NCBI GenBank assembly: GCA_038210985.1
Contig: JBBQWB010000004.1
Coordinates: 7,456 to 71,455, forward strand
Source of the DNA: Bacteroidales bacterium
GTDB lineage: Bacteria; Bacteroidota; Bacteroidia; Bacteroidales; WCHB1-69
Length of the DNA: 64,000 bases
Reading direction: 5' to 3'
Below, one piece after another: positions 38,701 through 46,209 of this stretch. The notes beneath the pieces were generated by a model. It did no database searches, was not told the origin of the DNA, and saw nothing but the letters and a program-made list of their open reading frames with translations. How positions within the stretch are numbered: the stretch's first letter is position 1; each line of letters opens with the position of its first letter. Position numbers and translations under genes: made by a program.

Positions 38701-39807
38701 TCCATTGGAACCAACCGCATAAGCCGTAGAATTATCTATAAAACTCATTCGGTAAATATGTTCGGTAGTGTTCGAGTTTAATTTAATCCATGTTTGCCCA
38801 GCATTTGTTGTTTTTAACATCAATCCATATTCGCCACAAGCAAAACCTGTTTGTGAATTTGAAAAATAGACATCCAAAATATTGTTGTTTAACGAAAGTT
38901 GATTGTTTTGCCAAATTACACCAGAGTTTGTGGTTTTCATAATTATACCTTGGTCGCAAACTGCATAACCGATATCTTGACTTGTAAAATGAATTCCGTT
39001 AATTCGATTGCTATTTGGCAATGAAATTGACCCCCAAGAAGTTCCACCGTTGGATGTTTTAAAAATATAGGTTGTGGTAGAACCAGTTCCTCCAGTAGCA
39101 AAACCGAGTTGTGAATTTACAAAAAACATATCCCGAATTGGCTGTGCGTTGCCTGTGGAAACATTTTGCCAAGTTGAGCCAGAATTTGCTGTTCGATAAA
39201 TTATTCCATTATTTCCATAAACAAAACCAGTGTTTGTATTAAAAAAGTAGCTGCCCAATAAATCATAGGAGCCAGGAGTTGAAACATCCGTCCATGAACT
39301 TCCACCATCGTTGGTTTTGAATACTTTTCCTCCAAATCCAGATACAAATCCGCTATCGGCATTTAAAAAACTAACTCCTTTAAAATCAAGGATTCCAAGT
39401 TGATTTAATGGCTGCCACTTTGTATTTGAAAAAAGCATGATGGAGTTTCCACAAGATATAATTCTATCGGTTCCAGTTTCTATTTTTGGATTTGAAACAA
39501 AAACGCGGATGGTATCTCTCATCACACAACCACTTGGTGTTGTTGCGGTTATAAAATAATCGCGAGTAGCATTTGGAAAAACTTTTGGATTCAGAGTTTG
39601 AGCGTTCACCATCGAACCCGTTGGAGTCCATTGCCAAGTTGCCGAATCGGGATAAGCATAGGATGTGGTTGCAAATAACGGAACGCTATCGCCACAAATT
39701 AAATGTTTATCGCTGCCAGCATTAACAGACAAAGTACTACAATCTTGGGCAGAAACGCCCAAAACAGATATTAACAAACCTATCAGTGTGAATGGAAATA
39801 TTTTCAT
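35785..39807 (-). CDS. T9SS-secreted protein with two Ycf48/BNR-like beta-propellers and multiple Cys-containing Ig-like modules
   Basis: Signal peptide. Two blocks of SxDxGxTW-like blades (TNDGGSSW, TANSGSTW, TSNGGTSW, TTNSGVIW, TTNAGQTW, TFDAGESW; then SKNGGFQW, TIDGGNSW, SLNDGSSF, TINGGVTW, SMDGGIHW). Repeated C.G..V.L.A...Y.W.P modules. C-terminal Por_Secre_tail-like FKIYPKPAIDKINL...GVFYIRI. Confidence 0.8.
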   Translation of the reverse strand: MKIFPFTLIGLLISVLGVSAQDCSTLSVNAGSDKHLICGDSVPLFATTSYAYPDSATWQWTPTGSMVNAQTLNPKVFPNATRDYFITATTPSGCVMRDTIRVFVSNPKIETGTDRIISCGNSIMLFSNTKWQPLNQLGILDFKGVSFLNADSGFVSGFGGKVFKTNDGGSSWTDVSTPGSYDLLGSYFFNTNTGFVYGNNGIIYRTANSGSTWQNVSTGNAQPIRDMFFVNSQLGFATGGTGSTTTYIFKTSNGGTSWGSISLPNSNRINGIHFTSQDIGYAVCDQGIIMKTTNSGVIWQNNQLSLNNNILDVYFSNSQTGFACGEYGLMLKTTNAGQTWIKLNSNTTEHIYRMSFIDNSTAYAVGSNGLIIYTFDAGESWYPIPKIISQNLYGIFCIGENKAFAVGASGTILKNVDVFASYQWTPSVGIENPSAANTGFISSSSGLYKLQATTSNGCSVKDSVFIQVLPANVYANEDRTIVCADEFTLYGDFEWKSATSNTTKLLEQVIADGNVVQVIYGDSLMKIFNNGETIERYKIGNGSGSLFRAVAHNDNGVYVAGGYSGVLAISKNGGFQWQYLFTGNTQNINKIKFRNSSFGMAVCDNGFVLKTIDGGNSWTVINTGYQKNLNSITFSPNGSIFISGQDGLILKSLNDGSSFGAIGTVTTQHLRDVCMLNNQIGFICGNNGTLLKTINGGVTWEEVSTGSLQNYTSVYFQSNNVVYLTGSNGLIFKSMDGGIHWYLMKSNTQQELRSIVFTDDHHGIAVGLNGTLLRYDYPNSVNTWVDSQGLQSFNADTVEPFPSHSSTYYFSMQTQSGCYDIDTVVVTVNSLVVSAGGDLIPTCGTPVELHAETNLNSDENVTYQWTPSTFLSNPDTSNPICTPLTNIQYVVKVSNPNGCEAYDTIWVHVGSTMVTASNDTTIYCGQQTQISVTVNNLLPGTNFLWSPSTSLNNNSLFNPTASPSDTTVYSVVVTDPNGCTGTDSVLVNVIPLQISLPPNTQLNCGERIQLSPNVNNPNIGLLNWEWTPQTGLNNPHIADPLVSYGGEITYTVVATNQSGECSASANIHLIPLPALITAEICIAGYEFNYDRNIVQWIVPPSHVLDSINVFKKNQFGDMIKQTTIKAQFGNVWIDEHTVAQYGSAEYQISIVDTCGFTTPLSNKHKTIFASLSLTEQNKWQISWTPYQGYLPSAFVIFRAYENKPFEQIAVLSGSALSFVDPEQKEGFTTYYVGALKPDTCFTMVNTFRTMSFSNTVSNRPFFISNDFKIYPKPAIDKINLTGSDLVGADIEIYDSMGQLVYAGVSIESAINIPISHLQKGVFYIRISNEVRVIVEKFIKI

Positions 39808-39834
39808 AAAATGGAACTAATGTTTTCTAATCCT

Positions 39835-39842
39835 CAAAAATA
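39835..39842 (-). promoter_or_regulatory. Candidate -7 box TATTTTTG for the propeller-tadA-porV-porU-deoC cluster
   Basis: The reverse complement of CAAAAATA matches TAnnTTTG, 28 nt upstream of ATG 39807. Confidence 0.35.
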
Positions 39843-39880
39843 CAAAAAGCAATTGGAAAATTATCTGTTTTTAAATCAAA

Positions 39881-39921
39881 AAATAATTAGTATTTGCAAG
39901 ATAACACTAGATTTTCTTGCA
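39881..39921 (+). repeat. Miniature (internally empty) copy of the 40-kb element: leader + left terminus + right terminus
   Basis: AAATAATTAGTATTTGCAAGA (39881-39901) matches AAATAATTAGTGTCTGCAAGA (40085-40105) at 19 of 21 positions. ATTTTCTTGCA (39911-39921) follows, against GTTTTCTTGCA at 40368-40378. Confidence 0.7.
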
Positions 39922-40084
39922 TGCACTACTTAACAAGTCGGTTAATCCACTACGTGGAATTTTCACATACGAGTTGGAGTTTTATTAAACGGGACTTCTA
40001 AAAATTCATTTCCTACGGGACAATTACACCGATACGGTTTCGTCATAAACATTAAAAAACCAAATTATACTTTGGATTAATTTG

Positions 40085-40378
40085 AAATAATTAGTGTCTG
40101 CAAGAAAACGCCAACTTTTTCCGCCAAAAATCGGACAAGCTGTTATACTTGCAACGAATTCAGATCATTCCGACCAAGATTTTGTTGGTTTTCATTTCTT
40201 TTTTTGCCCCAGCCCTCAAGGGTGAATGTAAATGAAAACGTACAAAATCTAATTCGGAACTCGCTAAATTCATTGCCGCAAAAGTGTTTCGACAGTTCGA
40301 CTTCGCTCAATGCATCGCTAGGCTCAAAATACCACCTCGAATTTGACGTTTTCTTATCAAACACTGAGTTTTCTTGCA
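40085..40378 (+). repeat. Full-length ~280-bp intergenic element with perfect 11-bp terminal inverted repeats (MITE-like)
   Basis: TGCAAGAAAAC (40099-40109) is the exact reverse complement of GTTTTCTTGCA (40368-40378). High similarity to the inverted copy at 13170-13396. Carries the core TTGCCCCAGCCCTCAAGGGTGAA (40204-40226) and a nested TTCGACTTCGC half-site (40296-40306). Confidence 0.8.
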
Positions 40379-40621
40379 AGGACTATGTATTGGTGCTACT
40401 TTCTAGTCCGTTAGGACTTTAACATTAATAAAAAAAAACCCTCTGAAAAATTTGTCCATAGGACATTAACATCGAAGCAAAGGCTTTAAGAATCCTTTAC
40501 GGATTTCTTTTTGTTACAATTTTCGTAAATCTAGAAGTTGTTCGTAAATTATTTTCCCATATATCCTCAAAAGTGGATTTTAACTTTTGATTTAAATTAT
40601 TTTCAAATCAACTGTTTTCTA

Positions 40622-41212
40622 TTAAAGCTCCTTTTTGTTATGTAAAAATTTTAGCAACCTTTCGAAATACGCTTCAATGGTTTCTCCCTGAATTTTGGGG
40701 ATGCATTCGATGGCAGAAGAAAAACCGTTTAATAAATCGGTATTTCTTTTAAAATTGGTCTTTAACAATTCTCCATCATTTGATTCCCAATAGCCACCTT
40801 CGTCGGTGAGTGTAAAATTTGAAAAATATTTTTTATTCAAATAGCGAAAAAGCTGAATAATAAATTGATGTATCACCACACCTGCATATTGCGTTTTTAC
40901 CGAAAGCACATACAGGTATTCGCTTTCTTGCTGTGTATCGGTTTTGCCGAAAAACGTTAAATTGGGATGGCAACTCATACGACCATTTGAAAGAAAGCAG
41001 ATAGAAACTGTTTCGCAACTAGGTGGTGTAAAACTTATTCCATAAACATTTTGGTTATAATCGGATTTTCCAAAAGTGTTTTTCGGAAAGTCCGTATCAA
41101 AAACATTGTATTTCCAATTATTTACAGCGATAATATCCCGAACCTCATCAATTAAGTCGGGTAACAAGTCTGGCTTTGCAATGCAACCGCTATAATGAAA
41201 ACTTAATCCCAT
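40622..41212 (-). CDS. Hypothetical protein (196 aa), no recognisable family
   Basis: Clean ORF, MGLSFHYSGCIAKPDLLPDLIDEV..., with no signal peptide or TM segment. Isolated between repeat-rich non-coding stretches. Confidence 0.55.
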   Translation of the reverse strand: MGLSFHYSGCIAKPDLLPDLIDEVRDIIAVNNWKYNVFDTDFPKNTFGKSDYNQNVYGISFTPPSCETVSICFLSNGRMSCHPNLTFFGKTDTQQESEYLYVLSVKTQYAGVVIHQFIIQLFRYLNKKYFSNFTLTDEGGYWESNDGELLKTNFKRNTDLLNGFSSAIECIPKIQGETIEAYFERLLKFLHNKKEL

Positions 41213-41526
41213 AAATTAACTCCTTTTTTCCTGCCATTTTGGATGGGGAAATTTGTTCCTACTTTCTTGTCAAAACACGGGACAAAAATAATTAATTATT
41301 TCAATGTGTCGAAATTATTTTTAAAGCCGCACTTGAAGGAAATTTTGCTCTTAGTACCTTATTCTCATTCTGTCAGACAAGTTTTACAAATTTTGATGAT
41401 TTATATTCTGTTTTATTTTATGCTTGGAGTTCAATGCGATGCCTGATTTTCTTTCTACATTTTAATTGCAAAAAGAACTATTCCAACGTAATTTCAATTT
41501 TGCGTAAAACAAATATTTTTTTATTT

Positions 41527-43950
41527 TCACTTCAATTTTACCACGGTTATACCATGTCCACCCATTTCTATTTTTTCGTCCTCGAAATGCTTTACAAAAG
41601 GATTTTTTGATAGTAATTCCCGAATTACTTTTCGTAAGACTCCAGTTCCCTTGCCATGTAGTATTTTAAGCTCTTTAATTCCCAACTGAACGGCATCGTC
41701 GATTAATTTGTCGGTTTCGGTTAATGTTTCTTCGGCTCTTTTACCACGCACATCGATGGCTGGCTTAAAATTGTTTGCTTTTTCGTTTATTCGACGGTAG
41801 ATATTGCTTGATGTAGATGGATTTTTTCGCAACGACTTGGCTTCCGATTTGCTTAATGGCTCAATTTTATCTAATTCGGTACGAAAAATTACTCCATTAA
41901 TATCCAAAATAACTTTATTATTATTCAACAACTCAAGAATAATAGCCTGAGTGTCAATTTCAGGGATAAAAACAGGGCTCCCAACTTTTAAATCTATCTT
42001 TTCAATTGGTTTATCGGATTTATCCAAACTTTGTTTTTCTGTTGTTTTGGCAACTTCTTTCACTTCTGATAAAAGCCCCTCTTTTTGGGTTTCAAGCTGT
42101 TTTCGAGCTTCAAACACAAGCGTTTTTTCGGCTTTCGATTCTTTTATCTCCCTAATTGTCTTCTCAACCAAAGCATTCGAATCTTTGATAATTTGTATCG
42201 CTTTTTGATTGGCTTCTTTTATAATTAATTTTTTTTCGGTTTCAAGACTGCTTTTTAAATCATTGTATTTTTGAATCAACTCTGCCAAAAATTTATCTGC
42301 CGAATCTACGGTTCTTTTTTCTTCATTTAGCTTTACCAGTTCGGTTTCGAGTTGTTGCGACTTTATTTCAAAATCGTACTGAGGAGTATTTATAAGCTCT
42401 TTAGCCGAATGAATAATTTGTGCTGGAAATCCAATTTTTTGAGCAATTTCGAATGTAAAAGAGCTTCCTTGAATACCTGTTTTTAGCATAAACATCGGAG
42501 CTAAACTTTCCATATCAAACAACATTGCTCCATTAATCATTCCATCGGTAACTGCTGCAATACGCTTCAAATTTCCATAATGAGTGGTAATTACCCCAAA
42601 ACATTTGTTTTGATGAAGCGAACCTAAAATCGCTTCGGCCATTGCACCTCCCAAAATTGGCTCGGTTCCAGTTCCCATTTCGTCGATGAGAAGTAAGGTT
42701 TTTTTATCTCCTTTTTCCACCATTTCCATCATGTTTTTCAAATGGGAGCTATATGTACTTAAATCATTCTCGATGGATTGCTCGTCGCCCATATCCATGT
42801 AAATATGTTCAAAAATTCCAAATTCAGATATTTCGTGAACTGGAACTAAAAATCCGCATTGAACCATGTATTGCAACAAGCCAACTGTTTTTAAACAAAC
42901 CGATTTGCCTCCAGCATTTGGTCCCGAAATAATTAACATTCGTTGTTTTGCATTGAGCTTAATGTCTAAAGGAATAACTGACTTTTTGAGCGATTTAAAC
43001 TTCATAAGTAGCAATGGATGAATTGCTTTTTTCCAGTCGATGCTTGGAATGTCGTATATATTTGGTTTTATTCCGTTTATATCGATGGCAAACTTAGCTT
43101 TTGCACGAATAAAATCTACTTTTCCTAAAAAAGCCAAGGAGTTTAAAATCATTTCTGATTGCAAACGAATTTCTTTTGTTATTTCTAATAGAATTAGGAT
43201 AATTTCGCGTTTTTCGGCATTCATAAAATCACGGATATCGTTATTGTCTTCAATAACTTCCTGTGGTTCAATAAATACCGTTTGACCACTTGCCGATTCA
43301 TCGTGAATAAAACCTTTTACTTTCCGTTTGTTTGCGGCAGGAACTGGAATTACCAATCGTCCGTTTCGAATGGTTACTTCGGCATCGTCTTTTACCAAGC
43401 CGCTTTTTTTGGCATCTTTCAGACATTGATTCGTTTTTCGAGTTGCGTTATGCATCGAACGATTGAGCGATTTTCGAATATCGTTTAGCGTATCAGAAGC
43501 GGTGTCTTTTATCACCGATTTATCATCAATAATTCTATTTATTTGCAGAATCAAATTTTCGTCAAAAATTACCGATGTAGCCTTTGCAAACAAAAGCGGA
43601 TATTTTTCTTCGCCACGGCGAATGATGTAATTTAAACACTCCTTTATGGTTTGCAAAACCGACTTTAACTTTCCAAGCTCTTCGGTTTCGATGTAACTTC
43701 CCTCCACTCTAATTCGATGAATTTCGTCTTTTAAATCGTAATAATCCTGCGAAGGAAACGGATTGTCGAACAACAATATTTGACGAAATTCTTCGGTTTC
43801 GCCAATAAGCTGGTTTATTACAGTAATATTATTTGAAAATTGAAGTTTTTCAACATACTCGACACCAAGGGAACTAACACATTTGTTTTGTGTTAAATGT
43901 CGTATCTGGTCAAACCCAATTTTATCTTCAAAATTTTCGGGATAAATCAT
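41527..43950 (-). CDS. mutS2: Endonuclease MutS2 (MutS domain + C-terminal Smr)
   Basis: Walker A ISGPNAGGKSV, DEMGTGTEP, and the Smr motif LKILHGKGTGVLR at the C-terminus; 807 aa. Confidence 0.93.
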   Translation of the reverse strand: MIYPENFEDKIGFDQIRHLTQNKCVSSLGVEYVEKLQFSNNITVINQLIGETEEFRQILLFDNPFPSQDYYDLKDEIHRIRVEGSYIETEELGKLKSVLQTIKECLNYIIRRGEEKYPLLFAKATSVIFDENLILQINRIIDDKSVIKDTASDTLNDIRKSLNRSMHNATRKTNQCLKDAKKSGLVKDDAEVTIRNGRLVIPVPAANKRKVKGFIHDESASGQTVFIEPQEVIEDNNDIRDFMNAEKREIILILLEITKEIRLQSEMILNSLAFLGKVDFIRAKAKFAIDINGIKPNIYDIPSIDWKKAIHPLLLMKFKSLKKSVIPLDIKLNAKQRMLIISGPNAGGKSVCLKTVGLLQYMVQCGFLVPVHEISEFGIFEHIYMDMGDEQSIENDLSTYSSHLKNMMEMVEKGDKKTLLLIDEMGTGTEPILGGAMAEAILGSLHQNKCFGVITTHYGNLKRIAAVTDGMINGAMLFDMESLAPMFMLKTGIQGSSFTFEIAQKIGFPAQIIHSAKELINTPQYDFEIKSQQLETELVKLNEEKRTVDSADKFLAELIQKYNDLKSSLETEKKLIIKEANQKAIQIIKDSNALVEKTIREIKESKAEKTLVFEARKQLETQKEGLLSEVKEVAKTTEKQSLDKSDKPIEKIDLKVGSPVFIPEIDTQAIILELLNNNKVILDINGVIFRTELDKIEPLSKSEAKSLRKNPSTSSNIYRRINEKANNFKPAIDVRGKRAEETLTETDKLIDDAVQLGIKELKILHGKGTGVLRKVIRELLSKNPFVKHFEDEKIEMGGHGITVVKLK

Positions 43951-43993
43951 TTAAAAAATAATCGTTTATTAAAAACTGAAAGCATCATAAAAG

Positions 43994-44001
43994 CAAAATT
44001 A
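43994..44001 (-). promoter_or_regulatory. Candidate -7 box TAATTTTG for mutS2
   Basis: The reverse complement of CAAAATTA matches TAnnTTTG, 44 nt upstream of ATG 43950. Confidence 0.35.
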
Positions 44002-44115
44002 ATTCTTTTCTGCTTGATTTAAGTATATTATTGAAACTCGCTTGATTTTTATAACCAATTGATGATTCAATAATACAAATCAAAAATGGCAAAGTTTCGC
44101 TCCAAAAAACTAGCC

Positions 44116-44195
44116 GTCATCCTGATTCGCCACGGCGAAGTTGAAGGAGACGGGAACCTTATGCAATCATGCTTCGACTTAGCGATAGGCTCAGC
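44116..44195. repeat. Palindromic intergenic element, copy 2 (right arm degenerate)
   Basis: GTCATCCTGATTCGCCACGGCGAAGTTGAAGGA, followed by ...AACCTTATGCAATCATGCTTCGACTTAGCGATAGGCTCAGC. The left arm is near-identical to copies 1 and 3. Confidence 0.8.
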
Positions 44196-44269
44196 ATTAA
44201 TAACAACAATAATTGGCATGCCCTTGTTGGTGATTAGCCATGGCGAACAAACAAGGGTAAAAGGCAAAA

Positions 44270-46108
44270 TTATTCTTTCAGAAGTTTATATGTCTGTTGT
44301 GGAGAGTCTCCAATTTGTAGCAGATAAACTCCTGAAGAAAGTCCTTTTAGTTTGACAAGCACTTGTTTGTTGTCAAGAATCCCTGAAAAAATTTCTTTCC
44401 CAGCGTGGTCAAGCAACTTGTATGGCTTGTTAAGCAACAAATCACCAATTTCAACGTGTATAAAATCCGTAGTTGGATTGGGATATATTTTTAAGTCGGA
44501 AAAACATTGTTCGTGGATTGACGATGAAGGATTTTTTGTTGTAAAACTCCATACATCGCTGTATGTTCCCCAATTTGTTCCGTCTGAGGCTCTAACTCTC
44601 CAATAGTATTGCATATTTGGAAGCAAGTTAGATGCATTATAATTAGAAGATGAAACAGTAAATGTTTGAGGTGTACTATTAAATGTTTGAGAAACGTCAA
44701 TGTCTATTTCATAAAAGATTGCACCAAAAGCATTTGACCAAGTAAAAGCTAAGTTTGTTATATTTTGATCTACCGATTGATTTATAGGAGTTATCAACTG
44801 AAAATTATTTAAATCAGGAATTTCATTCCCCAAGTATCTTGCAATTGCAAAATCTCCACCTGTATAACCCACTGCAACAATTTTGTTGTCTGTTTGTATC
44901 GCAATGCCAAAACATTCATTAAGTGAATTGCCACCAAATGTAGTAGTAGTTTTTCCGTTTGTGCCAAATGAATTATCTAATGTATTGGCAGAAGTTATTC
45001 GGGCTATGGCAAATGATTTATTGTTTGTATTTCCAGTAAATCCTCCAAAAATAATTCTTCCATTATTATCTTCCGTGGATGAATAAATAACTTCATCCTC
45101 CAGATTATTTCCCCAATTGGTTGAATAAAGACTTGTTGCTAAACTGCCGCTATTGTTTATTTCAAAAAACGAAAAATCATATCTCATGGTATTGATATAG
45201 CCACCACCTGCTACAAGTAAATTTCCACTTGGTCTTAGTGTAAGGGAAAAAGCTTTATCGTTTCCGTTAAATCCTCCATTAAAAACATTTACACCATCAC
45301 TCGAAAATGTATTATCCATTGTTCCATCGCTATTAATTCTACAAGCCCAATAGTCTGCATCTGCCATTGAAGTGGGGAAATCTCGCCAACCCACGGCACT
45401 AATTTTTCCATTTGCTTGAACAATCAAATCTTCCACAGAAAAGAGGTATTGGTAATCCAAACTTGTAATCCATAACAAACGAATACCATTATTATTAAAC
45501 GTGTTATCCAGCGTTCCGTTGCTTAAATATCTGGCAACAACAGGCTTAGAAACCGAAGAACTTATAATTGTTGCTCCACCTACAATGATGTTACCAGTTA
45601 GTGGATGTATTTTGACAACTTTAATTTCATCTTGCTGTGAATTTTCAAAATCGGTCAAAACAATTCCATTGATACCAAATGTGTTATCCAAGGTTCCGTC
45701 ATTATTGTATCTAACTATTGCTGCTTCTTTATTGCTTCCATTATCGCTATATCCCGCCAAAACTATTTTTCCATCGGTTTGCAATGCTACGCTATATGCC
45801 ACATCATCACTTCCTAATTGTACATCCGTTGTAACAATTCCATTATTCCCAAATGTATTATCCAACGAACCATCTGTATTATATCTCACAACTGCAAAGT
45901 CTTTACCTGTTAATGTACTTGTTGAATTTCCAGCAACGATAGTTTTTCCATCCGATTGAATAACTATCCCGTAAGCCTTGTCTTGACCTGTGGATATGGA
46001 AGTTACAACTTTACCAGCGTTTCCAAATGTTGGGTCAAGTGTTCCGGCAGGTTGTGCCAACACATTTAATGTTATTAGCATTATCAAAATTGTGAGGATG
46101 TTTCTCAT
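44270..46108 (-). CDS. T9SS-secreted delta-60-repeat (beta-propeller) protein with FN3-like and C-terminal sorting domains
   Basis: Signal peptide. Repeated LD.TFG.NG.V...(D/G)GK.(I/V)..G units (delta-60 repeat pattern). C-terminal LKIYPNPTTDFIHVE...GVYLLQI T9SS tail. Confidence 0.8.
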   Translation of the reverse strand: MRNILTILIMLITLNVLAQPAGTLDPTFGNAGKVVTSISTGQDKAYGIVIQSDGKTIVAGNSTSTLTGKDFAVVRYNTDGSLDNTFGNNGIVTTDVQLGSDDVAYSVALQTDGKIVLAGYSDNGSNKEAAIVRYNNDGTLDNTFGINGIVLTDFENSQQDEIKVVKIHPLTGNIIVGGATIISSSVSKPVVARYLSNGTLDNTFNNNGIRLLWITSLDYQYLFSVEDLIVQANGKISAVGWRDFPTSMADADYWACRINSDGTMDNTFSSDGVNVFNGGFNGNDKAFSLTLRPSGNLLVAGGGYINTMRYDFSFFEINNSGSLATSLYSTNWGNNLEDEVIYSSTEDNNGRIIFGGFTGNTNNKSFAIARITSANTLDNSFGTNGKTTTTFGGNSLNECFGIAIQTDNKIVAVGYTGGDFAIARYLGNEIPDLNNFQLITPINQSVDQNITNLAFTWSNAFGAIFYEIDIDVSQTFNSTPQTFTVSSSNYNASNLLPNMQYYWRVRASDGTNWGTYSDVWSFTTKNPSSSIHEQCFSDLKIYPNPTTDFIHVEIGDLLLNKPYKLLDHAGKEIFSGILDNKQVLVKLKGLSSGVYLLQIGDSPQQTYKLLKE

Positions 46109-46209
46109 ATCTGTTTTTTTATTGTTTTTAGCAAAATTACAATTTAATTTTTAAAATTCGCAAATAGCTGATTTTGTTCTAGCGAAGTAGTATGTCCGCT
46201 ACCTTCTGT

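Noticed and set aside
40143-40422. Two overlapping track ORFs (78 aa minus strand, 72 aa plus strand) inside the 280-bp element
   Set aside because: Same reasoning. They are mutually antisense, not conserved in the 13-kb copy, and bounded by the terminal inverted repeats.
41243-41446. 67-aa plus-strand ORF in the gap upstream of the orphan gene
   Set aside because: AT-rich, low-complexity product with no promoter box or family resemblance. It is probably spurious, but a small-protein gene cannot be excluded.
44067-44355. 66-aa and 89-aa ORFs across palindrome copy 2 (including the ...LIRHGEVEG... peptide)
   Set aside because: The peptide arises from translating the palindromic repeat arm. 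The other copies are not in equivalent ORFs.
45501-45959. 152-aa plus-strand ORF
   Set aside because: Antisense shadow of the delta-60-repeat gene, with a periodic low-complexity product.
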